Of a stretch of 64,000 bases of DNA, positions 1 through 12,187 are shown piece after piece. Source of the DNA: Mytilus californianus (Eukaryota); contig NW_026262745.1 of NCBI RefSeq assembly GCF_021869535.1, positions 85,808,001-85,872,000 on the forward strand, given 5' to 3'. Numbering within the stretch: position 1 is the stretch's first letter; each line of letters opens with the position of its first letter. The notes below the pieces were generated by a model. It worked only from the letters and a program-made list of their open reading frames with translations. It had not been told where the DNA came from and ran no database searches. The position numbers and the translations under genes are program-made.

Positions 1-207
1 TATTGATTAATTTTCTTTACATATATAGAGTATCCAACCTTATGCAGTCACAATACAATCTTTTTTTAATGTATTTTAAACTTCATAATCGTGATTGAGA
101 CCATAATGTGTGACCCATTTAAAATATATTCAATTATACATATGATACATATATACAACACAATTACTCAGGATAAACCCATTTCTGTAGCATATTATGA
201 TAGCATA

Positions 208-361
208 CAGGCGAGGATCCAGCCATTTTTAAAAGGGGGTTCCAACACATGCAAGTCATATAAAAAGGGGGGTTCCAACCACAAGTCCCAAAGCAAAAGC
301 ATTAGTTGTCAAACAAAAAGGGGGGTCCAACCCCCTAATCCCCCCACTTGATCCGCCACTG
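208..361. mobile_element. 154-bp MITE in HSPA12 intron
   Basis: Imperfect TIR CAGGCGAGGATC / GATCCGCCACTG, TA on both sides, internal GGGGG(T)TCCAAC repeats. Confidence 0.7.
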
Positions 362-405
362 TATCATGACAGTATACACTGTATATTTTATCTTAAAATA
401 GATAC

Positions 406-780
406 CTTTTGTTTATAAAGTTCCATTTTAAAACGTCGGAAATAGTACCACTCGTGGTGCTCCCCATCCAAACTAAGTTCTGAATATTTATTCTCAGCAT
501 CGTATCCAAACGAATGAAATTCCTTCTTCGGATTTAACAAAACAGTGGTAGGAGCTTTATGAGAAATCAGCCATCGACCTCCAGATTCCCATTTCGGATT
601 TACTTTAATACACAAAGGATCCTTTTCGTGTTCATGTCTCAAAGAAAAGGCGTATCCTGAAAATGTAGTCCCAAAATCAATCGCTGCCACTACTAGTTTA
701 CTATCCGTACTAGACATTTCCGAAGCTGTATTTTCAGCCTGATGTATACACCTGGGGCGTCTCAAAGTTTTATATTCCAT
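406..780 (-). CDS. HSPA12: First coding exon of an HSPA12-family (Hsp70-12A/B-like) gene; remainder lies left of the window
   Basis: ORF reads ...KLVVAAIDFGTTFSGYAFS...KAPTTVLLNPKKEFHSFGYDAENKYSEL...WYYFRRFKMELYKQK, the HSPA12-type N-terminal ATPase motif. Phase-0 donor AAG|GTATCT at 406/405. Start is ATG 780 or ATG 717. Symbol is family-level only. Confidence 0.92.
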
Positions 781-1347
781 AAATATACCCAGGAAGTAAT
801 TTTTATCTTTTTAAGTTGCTAATGTCAATAGGTATTACGTATTGAATCAATGCATATTATTAAACTTTGAATAAAATGAGCACAAAACATAATTTTTTCG
901 CCGTAAGAACTTCATCCGTGCATTTCGTTATCAAAACCGGCAAATTCACAAAATTTTACTTTCTTTTAAAGTGAAGAAATCCATATTAAAACACACAAGG
1001 AAATACGAGTACAATTAATTTGTCATAACTTTTAATAACTAAATTTCAATGAATTTATAGAGAACTTAAATTGTCCGGAAAAAGTCAAGGTCAATTATTT
1101 TTGTTTCCTGCATTTTAGCAACGCTAATGGCGTTGAGTGGGTGATTGATGTTTTCACACTTCCTTACTCATTTTTGGTCAATTTTTTTTAAATATAAAGG
1201 TTAAAATTTTATAAATAAAATGCATTTCAATGCATTTTCCACTTTTATATCATACATGATTTTTCAATTCCATAGCATTAAATATTAGATACACTTCCTG
1301 AATTTCAAAGTTGCAGATGTTTAAGCGTAAAAATAAAAGCAACGATC

Positions 1348-1666
1348 GAGGGTCTGGATTTGGGGTCCTTTATTTCTTTATTTTCTAATTTATTATCATA
1401 ATACCATTTTTCTATATTCTTTATTTATTTTGCCCATTATTCTACTTTCTTTATATTATAGCACCCAATTATTCTCTACTCTTTATTATTTAAAAAAAAA
1501 TTGAGAATGGAAACGGGGAATGTGCCAAAGAGACAACAACCCGACCAAAGAGCAGAAAACAGCCAAAGGCCACCAATATGTCTCTATTCTTTATTTGTTT
1601 GGCCCTTAATTTATATTGCAATTTTTGCCGTTTATTCTCTATTCTGTAAACCCCATCCAAACCCAT
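1348..1666. mobile_element. MITE family B copy with nested PLE 3'-end fragment (1492-1577, minus)
   Basis: TIR GAGGGTCTGGAT..GGGG / CCCCATCCAAACCC, internal TTATTCTCTATTCTTT subrepeats, interrupted by the reverse complement of the family-A 3' end. Confidence 0.75.
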
Positions 1667-1878
1667 AACAATGGCATGAAAAGTAAAAGTTAATGACAAG
1701 GCAAGTTCAAAAAGGGAAAGTTTATATAAACTGAAAACCCCAAACGGTCGACTATATCAACAGAACGACTGAAAAAAACGATCAAATTCTTGACTTGGAA
1801 CTGGCATTTTCAGAAGAAAATGGTTGTTTAAACCTGACAGTTTAGTATAGTTCAAACATTAACAAAATTAGACTGTAA

Positions 1879-2182
1879 ATCTCACAAAACATGTTTAACC
1901 CCGCCGCATTTTTGCGCCTGTCCCAAGTCAGGAGCCTCTGGCCTTTGTTAGTCTTGTATGTTTTTTTTGATTTTAGTTCATTTATATGTGTTGGAGTTTG
2001 GTGTGACGTCCATTTTCACGGAACTAGTACACAATTTTATTTAGGGGCCAGCTGAGGACCACCTCCGGGTGCGGGATTTTCTCGCTGCGTTGAAGACCTA
2101 TTGGTGGCCTTCGGCTGTTGTCTGCTATTTGGTCGGGTTGTTGTCTCTTTGACATATTCCCCATTTCCATTCTCAATTTTAT
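1879..2182 (+). mobile_element. 5'-truncated copy of PLE family A 3' region
   Basis: Aligns by eye to ~9725-10026; same 3' end CCCCATTTCCATTCTCAATTTTAT. Confidence 0.85.
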
Positions 2183-2639
2183 GTAAAACTATTTCTCGTC
2201 CTGAATATGCATGTAATATTTTCCATTGGACATCCATCGACCAATCAATATCTATTTTAACGAGTTTATAAACAGGACGAAAAGCAAAGCTCGCCGATTT
2301 GTTTCTCGTTTAGTAGAAAATGCGTAATACTATCATAATCATTGGTAACTTTATACAACTGACAAAATAAACATATTGTGTTTACCCTAAAAATAAATGT
2401 TTATATTATTTACTCACTAGTCATATGTGTTTATCAGAAATGGACTTTGCATAGACGCGGGTCGCAAAGTCACGGCGACATCAAAACGAACTGCGACCTG
2501 AACATTAATTTGATCATTAGCTCTACCGTTCTAATAATAGAAGGATGTCAGATGACGCAAATTATATAGTATATTGGATATTACAGGCGCTTGGGGAATG
2601 GAGCTTCTATACTACTAAAGGAAGAGACTGATTTCTTCT

Positions 2640-2681
<42 letters not shown>

Positions 2682-3225
2682 TGATATTACGTATAAATGT
2701 AGTGTTTTGTATTTCCTAAATTTGTCTTTGAAACAATCTTTTTTTCTACAGAAAACTCCAATTTTTGAAAAAATATCCAAATTCGGAGACCCTTATCGAT
2801 TCGTGTCTTATACGCTTTCGCGCATGCTCAGTCGATGTACTACCCGACAACTTGACCCACGGCCAACTCGCACCACTCAAACACTATTACTAATTATTAC
2901 AACTTGCATCACTTTATCAAACTCGCACCATTCAAAAAAAAAAAGAAAAAAGAAAAGAAATATAACAAACTCGAAGAAATGTGTTTAATCATTTAGATTG
3001 TTTTCTTCTTCTCTTAGTGAATTCCTCCTTTCTCGGAGCACCCGTGTCACACAAAGACAGAACTCACACCACTCGAAAATAAAATACTACAAACTCCATA
3101 TGGAGTATATCGAAATCAGAGTTCTTTATTTTAATTAGACTGCTACTAATTGGACATTCAAACTCCTATGGAAGAAGAACTGACAAACTAATAAAAACTA
3201 TCAACATAATGCATCAGTGCATTAA

Positions 3226-3612
3226 GGATGTTCGCTCCACTTGTTTTTGAATTTTTGTCAGATTTTTGGAGTCTTCTGGTTTTATCCATGTAGTGCCATA
3301 GAAAAATTGGCCGCTAACCCCTACTTTTCTTTTCATTATTTTGTTACATATAGTTTAAAAGGCCTTATTTAAAAGTCTTATAAAATCTTTGTTATTTTTT
3401 CATAGTTTTTGAAAGAATAAAGGTGCCAATGTAAAATGTATGAACAATCTAGAGAGAATCATTTCCCGCCAATTTGTCAATGGCTTATATCTGGAAAACA
3501 AGGACACGGACCCTTCATTTTTTCTGTTTTTTTAGCTCCCTTATTTATATACTATCAATTCATAACAGTCTTTTAAAAAGCTTGTTATTTTGAAACAGAG
3601 TAGCGAACATCC
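3226..3612. mobile_element. Non-autonomous TIR element with TTAA TSD (Kolobok-like termini)
   Basis: TTAA|GGATGTTCGCT ... AGCGAACATCC|TTAA, a perfect inverted match. Confidence 0.85.
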
Positions 3613-4007
3613 TTAAAACAGTTTAAGAAACACGAACATCACCATAAACATATCAAGAAGTCTTCAAGCCGCGCATGCGCGGTTTGTTTCTAGTTATTAT
3701 ATATATAGTAAAGGGCAAAATATTTAGATTTAGTGTATGGTAAGATTGCTTGATTATATTATCAGTGTATTAGACTAAATCAGACGTCATTATTCAAAAC
3801 CACAGTCGTAAATGCATCCGACATTTATTTGTCAAATCTATGAATTTCTCTATGATGTTAAAGTTACACAACTCAATGATGATATGAAATTGTACATTTT
3901 GAAATTGGCCCAAAATTTGTTACCAGTATATGGAATTCCCAGTTAAATGACTTATTATAAATGTTTAAAAACCAAAACAATGACATTCCATCTTTTTTTT
4001 TTAAATG

Positions 4008-4542
4008 TAAGTATACTGAGTATCAGTAGAAAAGCAACACAATAAATTCACATCACTTTTGGTTCTTTTTAGATAAAAATACAAAAATTTCTTTCAATAC
4101 ATTCCTCATACATTTAACTACATGGTACTTTGACTGTATGATATCACATCAACTTTACCAGTTCAGAAACTTGCGGTTAGTCCTATAGTGGTCAAAATCA
4201 AAATTCACAAATTTTCAAATGTGATCACACGTGACCAAATGCAAAAGAAAAGAATAAATCTGCATTATAGATAATAACCTTTGCTAAAGGGGTTCATTAA
4301 GGTGGAAAATCACCACCAAAGCGTTAAGTTCAATTGATATTGGTTAAAAAAAATGGAATTTGTGAACTTTAAAATTATAAAATCGAAAAGCTTTGAAAAA
4401 ATATTTGGAAATATTCTGTCTTCATGTCATAAAAAGTCTTCTAAATCTTAGAACGATTGGTCAACTTCTAAAGAAGATATGTCGGTTACAAAATTGAAAA
4501 TACATATAGGGGTTTTGTTTCTATTGGTACTCAGTATACTTA
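4008..4542. mobile_element. Non-autonomous TIR element
   Basis: TAAGTATACTGAGTATCAGTAGAAA vs reverse complement of right end TAAGTATACTGAGTACCAATAGAAA (23/25). Confidence 0.8.
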
Positions 4543-4547
4543 ATAAC

Positions 4548-5134
4548 AAAGGAGTAGGCCCGGTAAGACCTTTTTTTGGCCCCAACATATAGCATTTTTA
4601 CAAATTTTTAAAAATGTAAACTTTTAGCTATTTATTGAAAAGTAAAATACTTGTGTTACATAAACATAGACTGTTTTTGACAATACAATGCATCAGGTAC
4701 AGACTAGCATTATTAACTGAACTCATGCAAAATAACTGAAATCTTTACAATTTTAGCATTTGTGCTAATTTTTAGACGGTTTTTGTCTAAAACGGAAGTG
4801 GCCGCACTTGTGTTCAGTCTTAATATTTAAATATATATTGTATTTGATAATAATGCATAACATATATAAATGTTGAGACTGAACACGAATGCAGCCACTT
4901 CCATTTCAGACAAAAGCCATCTAAAAAGTGACGTTTTATGGTATATTTGATAGATTTTTCATATCTAAGCTTGAATTTGAGCGTCTTTAAGGACCAAATC
5001 AGTTGAAATCTTGTATACAAATAAATTGAATTGATTGAAGTAGACATTTAAGTGTTTAAAAAATGTTAAAAATCTTTCGTTAGATATACTTCAAATTTTA
5101 GGCCAAAATTAGCCCTTACCGGACCTTCTCCTTT
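4548..5134. mobile_element. Non-autonomous TIR element abutting the previous one
   Basis: AAAGGAGTAGGCCCGGTAAG vs reverse complement of right end AAAGGAGAAGGTCCGGTAAG (18/20). Confidence 0.8.
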
Positions 5135-7000
5135 GAATACACTGTATATTTTCTATATTTAGATAAACTCAATGTAAACACCACGTAATGGAGGGGAAAT
5201 CCTTATATTTGTAATTTTAAAGTTAACATTTGACACCAAAAAATAAACAACAATGTAGGACATCTTAATTCACACGAAGATTATTCGGTTAATGATATGT
5301 TAATCATCACATTGCAAAATACATTAACATCCATGCAGTACACTGACTGGATCACAGAAATCATTTTCAACTTTTTTCTTCTGCATGTAGTGTTGAGGTT
5401 TAACTCTTTGATCTGTCCTTCTAATTGTTTTGCGCGGGCTCCAATGATGGGTCGTGTGTGGATGAAACACGCGTCTGGCGAACCAAATTGTAATCCTGTT
5501 GTCTAACTTTTTGGTGATGTTTTTTTTTCTTCGCAAAATTAGTTTTTATTGGTTATAGGATATTTTAGTGGGTTTTCTTCCACTGTCAGAACTGAGCATG
5601 ACACATATATAAATATAATCAAAAGTTAAATCGACCATTAACTACGGCATGTCATACATAATGTCGATATTGAAATATGGATTTAACAAAAAGACAAGAA
5701 CCTTCCTGTAGTTCTAGATAATTACATTACCAAGAAGTACCATACGATTCCGCAATTTTGATTGGCCGAGGCATTCCAGAAGTTAAATTTTATTTCCGTA
5801 CAAAATGCAACATCTATGACTGCACGTACTATCCGTGACAACATTAATACAATGCATATAAAACATAAAAATGTGATTATATGAATTAATTGCTTCTTTT
5901 TGTAATTTAATAGGCCGGGTTGTAAAAGTGTTGAACGTGCGCACAATTTTAGTATGCGCTGTTCCTTTGCTCTATATGTGTATGTTTTTACATTGAGGTG
6001 CATGTACTGATTTTGTGTCATGGATGGATACCCCATATCCTTTGTTTTTGTTTTATACAAAAAAGTATAACAAAAATACCGAACTCCAAGGCATATTCAA
6101 AAAGGGGAAATCTATAAATAATACCTGACAAAATAAAATGCTACCAATCAACGGAACAAGTGAAAAACAACTGCCATATTTCTGACTTGGTATAGGAATT
6201 TTCCGAAGTCCAACTCAAGAAAATGGTGTGTTAAACCTTGTTTGATAGCTAGCTAAACCTTCAATGTATAAAATGTATGTACTTCGGTCAACGGCTATTA
6301 CACCCTAATTGCAAAAAGAAGCATTTAAATTCTAAATCAACGTAACTGTATCAAAACATTATGCTTCAACCCCAACCACGGCTTTCGTGTAGGAGTAATA
6401 ATATTATTTGGAGGTAAATAAAAGTTCATTGTAAAACTCCCCCGGTGAATGAGTGCATGTGTAATAGTATCATTTTGGGGTCATTTATATCGTTATAATT
6501 TAATTTTTAGCCAGGGTTATAATAAATTTGTATTAAATCACGACAAAGGTGGTCATGGATCATATATATACACATAATTTAAACGTGTGATATGTCACAA
6601 TCAAATATATCAATTTGATAAAACATTTTATAAATTCAAGGTGTAAGGTCAAGAATGTGTCAATGGTAAATACACGGCGATAACTAAACACTTCTAACGT
6701 AGCAATAGTTTCTGGCAGGTTTTTAGAACTATATTTTCAAACATTGCAACTGTGAAATGAATAGTTTATACGTCGTACACAATCGACGAATTTGCCGGCT
6801 AAAATCATAATCAGGTACTTGGAATAATACCATCCATTAGTGACCGCTGTGAATAGTAAACTACCAATTGATAGTAATTAGGAAACATATGATAGTTGTT
6901 TTTTTTCTCCAAAATGAATAGATGTTACATACAGTACTGTATTGTTTAAAACAAAGTTTCCAGAGGAACTTTTGTAAGAAGGTCCAATCCATGTTGTCAA

Positions 7001-7252
7001 AGCCACGTCCGGTCGGATTAGGGCGCCTGTGTAAAGTGAGTGGCATTCCCTCCCTTTGCATGTTTAAAAACCCTACCAACAGCTCTCTCTGTGTCCTGTT
7101 GCAAGGTAAAATGTCTGTCCTTTTCCAATAGACCCTCATTTTCCAATCATCAATTGTATTCATTGTTATTTTTTCTCTCGTCCCGAATATGCATGAAATG
7201 TTTGCCAAACGAACGGAAATCTTACAACATTACAACTATCAATCAACCAAAT
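7001..7252 (+). mobile_element. Degenerate partial copy of SINE-like family E
   Basis: Matches reverse complement of 7759-8180; ends CTCGTCCCGAATATGCATGAAAT...ATCAATCAACCAA. Confidence 0.65.
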
Positions 7253-7275
7253 ATTTAAATCAAGACGAAATACGA

Positions 7276-7484
7276 TATTGTAAACTAATTTATTTTCGCG
7301 TTTAGCACTTTCTAGCCCACTTCGGGTCTATTTAATTTCGTCGGATTGTCAAATTTACTCCATGTAGTTAAATCCGGGAAATTACAAGTTTTACATATTC
7401 GCGACGATTTATATTTTAGTTATTTTTCTACTAGCAAAAGTCGCGAAAAATAAATCGTACGCGAAAATAAGTTTGTTCACAGTA
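7276..7484. mobile_element. 209-bp MITE
   Basis: 26-bp TIR TATTGTAAACTAATTTATTTTCGCGT vs TACTGTGAACAAACTTATTTTCGCGT (22/26). Confidence 0.8.
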
Positions 7485-7758
7485 ACTGGTTTTACGGGAA
7501 AAAAAGTTAACGTTGTATGATTGATTTACTTAGTTGCGTTTGTTATGTAATGTTCTTGTCCTTGTGAAAACTAGAAAATACACAAAAACAAGCAGATAAA
7601 CTAAAATATATACAAGATTGGTCTTAATTATGCAAAACAATCATTCGTTAAATTTATTCACAACATTTTATAGCTTACTATACAGTATACATTTTTCTCA
7701 TTGTATTACGGTGACCTATAATTGTATACATCGCTTTGAACTTCTATGCATTGAGATT

Positions 7759-8180
7759 GATTGATTGATTGTTGGTTGCTTAACGTCCAGTGGCAAATAT
7801 TTCATGCATATTCAGGACGAGAACAAGTTCACAATAAATACAATAGGTAGGTTCTGTAATAGATTAAGGGATTATGGTCGGAGAAATTTAGACTGCCACG
7901 GGAAAATGAGGGTATATTGGATAGGGACAGAAATTTAGCCTTGCAACAGGTCACCTACGGACCCCTCAAAGAGTTGTTGCAAGGGTTCTTAACGTGCAAA
8001 GAGCGTGGCACTCTCTTTACACGAGGCATCGGATTTAACGTCCCCATTCTGACCGGACGTGGCTGCAAATTTGTACATCCCGCACAGCCAAACGGACGCC
8101 CCACTTTAGCACGGGTTTTACTGCCGGTCGGAGGAAGACCAATGGTGACCATACTTCTATTCCCCAGTCACCCTTGGGGG
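7759..8180 (-). mobile_element. SINE-like retroposon (family E), apparently full length, with 12-bp TSD
   Basis: TGCATTGAGATT at 7747-7758 and 8181-8192; (CAAT)n 3' tail. Central GGACGTTAAA...GCACGTTAAGAACCC resembles Deu/Nin SINE domain motifs (from memory). Confidence 0.85.
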
Positions 8181-9070
8181 TGCATTGAGATTCTTCCATC
8201 TTTTGGTCATGAAATAAGAAATACCCTTTCGTCGTGTGAATCTTATAATGTTATATGTTCATTTTTTATAAAAATGGAGATAGCTTTATATTTGATATCC
8301 ATCTCCCTATACAACTATAATACGAGATTCCTATGACACAGTTAAACAATCTCTGGTCTATCTCCAATAGAAATATAGGGATAAATTTCTAAAACAACAT
8401 TGTTTGTAGTGAAGTGTTCTATCACCAAAGAAGGGGATGCTTTAATCATTTAGATATGTTGCTTGTCTATTAACAAATAATCGAACAAAGAGTTACTCTT
8501 TGTGTACGTGAATTCGATTCCTGTATAACTTTTTATGTCTCATTCAAATATTTATGATATTGCGCTTTTAAACTTTGATTCAAGTTTTTACCACTTTTAC
8601 CAAATTATGGGAAATACATCATTATACGATTCACAATACGAAATATCAAGGACGGGGATTTGGAGTGCCTCTCGGTAAGATATAGAGAGAGATAAATTGA
8701 TGAACCGCAGTACTTAAATTATTTGAAGTCCGCGTGGGTCGTCCGTTTTCCGAGAATTTCCGTTTATATTACATTGAACATTTTTTTTTTATTTACACTT
8801 TTGAAAGTCTTAAAACAGTTTGGTGTCAAGGTCTGTGGATATTATTAAACGCCATTAAAATATTTCAGAAATGAAGATAGGAAATCAATTCATTTATATC
8901 AAGAGGTTCAAGTACACAATGAAGTTAAAAAACTTGACAGCCATTTTCTGTTACTTTTACAATTGTAAAATAGCAAGTTTTTGGTTCTTATATTTTTAAC
9001 TCGGTATGCTAAGAATGTTCGCTTCAAAACTGATAGCCTTCAGAATGATGATTGATATAATGCATTGATT

Positions 9071-10026
9071 ATTATTACACCAGGGTTTTCGATATCACAA
9101 ACTAGTCAAAACATTTACTAAATTTTATCCTCGGTATAAGGACATCATTCGTAAATATAGCTCAACATGCAGACTTCTTATACGTTCAGGTATTTCACAT
9201 CCAATTTTTTATGGAAATATTCTTTATAAAGCACAAAAATGTCAGTATTCACCTCTGAAGCTAACAAAACCTTTAAATAGACTTATTAAGAAGGGATATA
9301 GTTACGATACTGTTGTCAGGTCCTTAAAGATTGCATATTTTGGCGTTAATATTGATTCACTTATAGGGTCTTTGCATCGGCACTAAACACATTTATTTAA
9401 AAACCAGTTGTTGGCATGACACGGGTTATGTTCTTCTCATATATGTTATGATGGTATGATACTAAACCCCTAACGGGAAGGATTGTGCCTAATATTCATA
9501 TGATGAAGACATAATCTTTCAATCAGTTTAATTGAAGTCTGGAGCTGGCATGTCCGTTAACTGCTAGTAGTCTGTTGTTATTTATGTATTATTGTCATTT
9601 TGTTTATTTTCTTTGGTTACATCTTCTGACATCAGACTCGGACTTCTCTTGAACTGAATTTTAATGTGCGTATTGTTATGCGTTTACTTTTCTACATTGG
9701 CTAGAGGTATAGGGGAAGGGTTGAGATCTCATAAACATGTTTAACCCCGCCGCATTTTTGCGCCTGTCCCAAGTCAGGAGCCTCTAGCCTTTGTCAGTCT
9801 TGTATTATTTTTAATTTTAGTTTCTTGTGTACAATTTGGAGTTTAGTATGGCGTTCATTATCACTGAACTAGTATATATATTTGTTTAGGGGCCAGCTGA
9901 AGGACGCCTCCGGGTGCGGGAATTTCTCGCTGCATTGAAGACCTGTTGGTGACCTTCTGCTGTTGTCTGTTCTATTGTCGGGTTGTTGTCTCTTTGACAC
10001 ATTCCCCATTTCCATTCTCAATTTTA
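9071..10026 (+). mobile_element. 5'-truncated Penelope-like retroelement (family A): RT C-terminus plus ~640-nt 3' region
   Basis: Stop-free frame 9069-9386: LLHQGFRYHKLVKTFTKFYPRYKDIIRKY...GISHPIFYGNILYKA...SLHRH*. Resembles the PLE RT thumb end. No C-terminal GIY-YIG follows, as in Naiad-type PLEs (recalled, not searched). Confidence 0.75.
9701..9787 (+). ncRNA. Type-P5 twister ribozyme-like element (family A); GA-GGG changed to AA-GGG, so possibly inactive
   Basis: P5 CTAGAGGT/GCCTCTAG; P2 CCCC/GGGG; T-AA site at 9742/9743; P3 CGCA/TGCG; P4 CCTG/CAGG with loop TCCCAAGT; T1 CCC/GGG; T2 GC/GT. Confidence 0.75.
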
Positions 10027-10272
10027 TTAATCAAATATCAAATAGAAATGTTGGGAGACTAAATAAGAACTAATACATACACCTAATCGCTATTTGTCCA
10101 CCATTACTGGACATCACAAAGGTTCCCGTAACATATTTTTACGTCATAATAGAAAATGTCTGACGCCACAAAGGAAAAGTGATTGTTGTATGACTTCAGT
10201 AGTCCAAGTGTCGCAAATTCTGAGGTCAAGTATCGGAGATTTCTAAATAGCGATAATCTATACATGATACTG

Positions 10273-10368
10273 TATCAAACTCCGAAACAGTGATAACGTC
10301 GTCTTTGCTACTCTACGCTGACTGAAAGTTTTGCAAAGCAACATCACCGCTGTTTCGGAGTTTGGATA
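10273..10368. repeat. Short foldback / mini-MITE
   Basis: Perfect 14-bp inverted pair AAACTCCGAAACAG (10277-10290) / CTGTTTCGGAGTTT (10350-10363). Confidence 0.7.
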
Positions 10369-11188
10369 ATGTATCTGTCTGTAGATGTGAAATCCATAGT
10401 GTCCATTTTTTAGATCCAGATCAGTGTTTTCTTAATTTAATGTTCATTTTATAATTAATTTGATTTTCACATACTGGTGTATATTTTAGCTTTAATAATT
10501 AAGCTATTCAAGTATGCAAACTTCAATACCATATCTTTTTCTCTTCAATTGATCAGGAGTTGCTGCGATGGAGAGAACGCATAATATCCACGTGTATATA
10601 TGAGCCGGCAGTTATATCACCATGCCCAGTCGCTCCAAAATTTTCGTATCACGGCGTTGAGACGTGAGCATGCACAACTTATCAGCAACGTCACAATGTT
10701 TGAGTGGAAGTTTAATATTAGCGGCGTCACAGTGTGTGAGAAGATGTTATCAAGCTTACTTTTGTAACAGCCGCATGAGGGGGAAAAGACCAGAAATAGC
10801 ACGATAAACAGAGCATCGAGTTTTCTGCGTATAGATATCGTAAAAATTCGGTCGCTCGACACAATGTGAAGTTATTTGCTCGGTCGCTACGCTCACTACG
10901 CAAACTCGCCAAAAAAAGTTCTCATTGTGGCTCGCAGCTGAAATTTTATGATATCAATGTGTAGAAATCCTGATAATCTATTCTTATTACACCTTCTCCT
11001 TTTCTTTCACTTTTTTACAGAAATATGCAGGACGCATTATAAATTGTCTTTTTCACGTCGCAGTTGTTATTTTCCGTAATATATTACCCGATAAGAAAGA
11101 TTAAATATATTTTATACCTTGACCTGTCAAAATAGAACTATATTCCTTATTGACAAGGAGGTTATAACTTATTTATTCTATACTATTT

Positions 11189-11600
11189 TTTGATTATTGT
11201 TTACTAAACGTTAAATTGTAAATATCACTTTCATCATGATTTATATTCATATGCAGGACGGGAACAAATACACATACATCAAATCGGTTGGTTCTGAAAT
11301 ACGGTCAACCTAGAAGGACAGGGAATTAGGACTGCGCCTGGAAAATGAGGATGTGTCAGATGGGAATGAGATTTGTAACATACCACCCAAATACTCCTCA
11401 ACTAGTTCTTTCACGAGTTATCATCGTGGCACGACCCCTTCACGGAGTATCGCTTTAAACGTCCCCATTCCGACCGGATGTGGCTGTGTATTTATACATC
11501 CCACACAGATAAACGAAGGTCCCCGTAAGCACGTTTTCTTACTGTCGGAATGAAGGAGTCAACGCGACCATATTTATGTACCCTAGACAGCCTTCTAAGG
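11189..11600 (-). mobile_element. Older copy of SINE-like family E
   Basis: Collinear by eye with 7759-8180 and ends at the same 5' boundary. Confidence 0.65.
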
Positions 11601-11778
11601 TTTGAACCCTTTATATGTTGATACAAAAACTTTTAAGACAGTAGATTAGCTATAACGTCGAACATTCATGACCATCAAAATATATTGAGTAGAAAAAGAA
11701 AGTTGGTTTTCATTTAAATCCATAGCATAAAATAAGTAAAATTAAAAGAAATGGATATAAAGTTAATGAGGTTAATAA

Positions 11779-12158
11779 GTCTTGGATACGTGATTTTTTA
11801 TTATTTATTATTGGCTTTGAACTAGCTTTCAGTAACTGCGAGTACTCTCAGATCTGTACTTTGTGTCTTGTTTTTTTTTTTGTTAGGGTTAGCCTGTAAT
11901 TCAGTGGTTGTCGTTTGTTGCTGTATATCATATTTGTTTTTCGTTTATTGTTTTGTACATATACGAGACCATTAGTTTTTCTCGTTTGAATTATTTTACA
12001 TTTGTTATTTCGGGGCCTTTTATAGCTTATTATGCGGTATGGGTTTTGCTTATTGTTGAAGGCCATATGGTGACATGTAGTTGTTAACTATACTACATTT
12101 GGTCTCTGGTAGAGAGTTGTCTCATTGGAAATCATACCACATCTTTTCATCTTTATAT
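11779..12158 (+). mobile_element. Interspersed repeat family F (PLE-3'-region-like)
   Basis: AGCCTGTAATTCAGTGGTTGTCG...GAGAGTTGTCTCATTGG...CATACCACATCTT; shared with 18159, 24285 and 49126 copies. Confidence 0.75.
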
Positions 12159-12187
12159 AGAATACCATTAACGGTAACAATTTTACT

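Noticed and set aside
2037-2237. Recurrent small ORFs with KIENGNGE..KETTT (also 23342-23536, 36370-36573 and reverse-frame versions)
   Set aside because: Antisense translations of the non-coding family A 3' region
7917-8336. 139-aa ORF
   Set aside because: Lies over the SINE-like element; no domain similarity recognised
9505-9545. Possible SECIS (ATGA...hairpin...GA) in the PLE 3' region
   Set aside because: A stem exists (AGAC/GTCT, TTCAAT/ATTGAA), but the non-Watson-Crick quartet and apical AA do not fit the canonical pattern, and no in-frame TGA is visible
9718-9748. Simple GGGTTGA/TTAACCC hairpin as the explanation for the conserved motif
   Set aside because: Not maintained in family G (GGTTT vs AATCC or AACCC), whereas the twister pseudoknot pairs covary. 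It may still be a competing fold.
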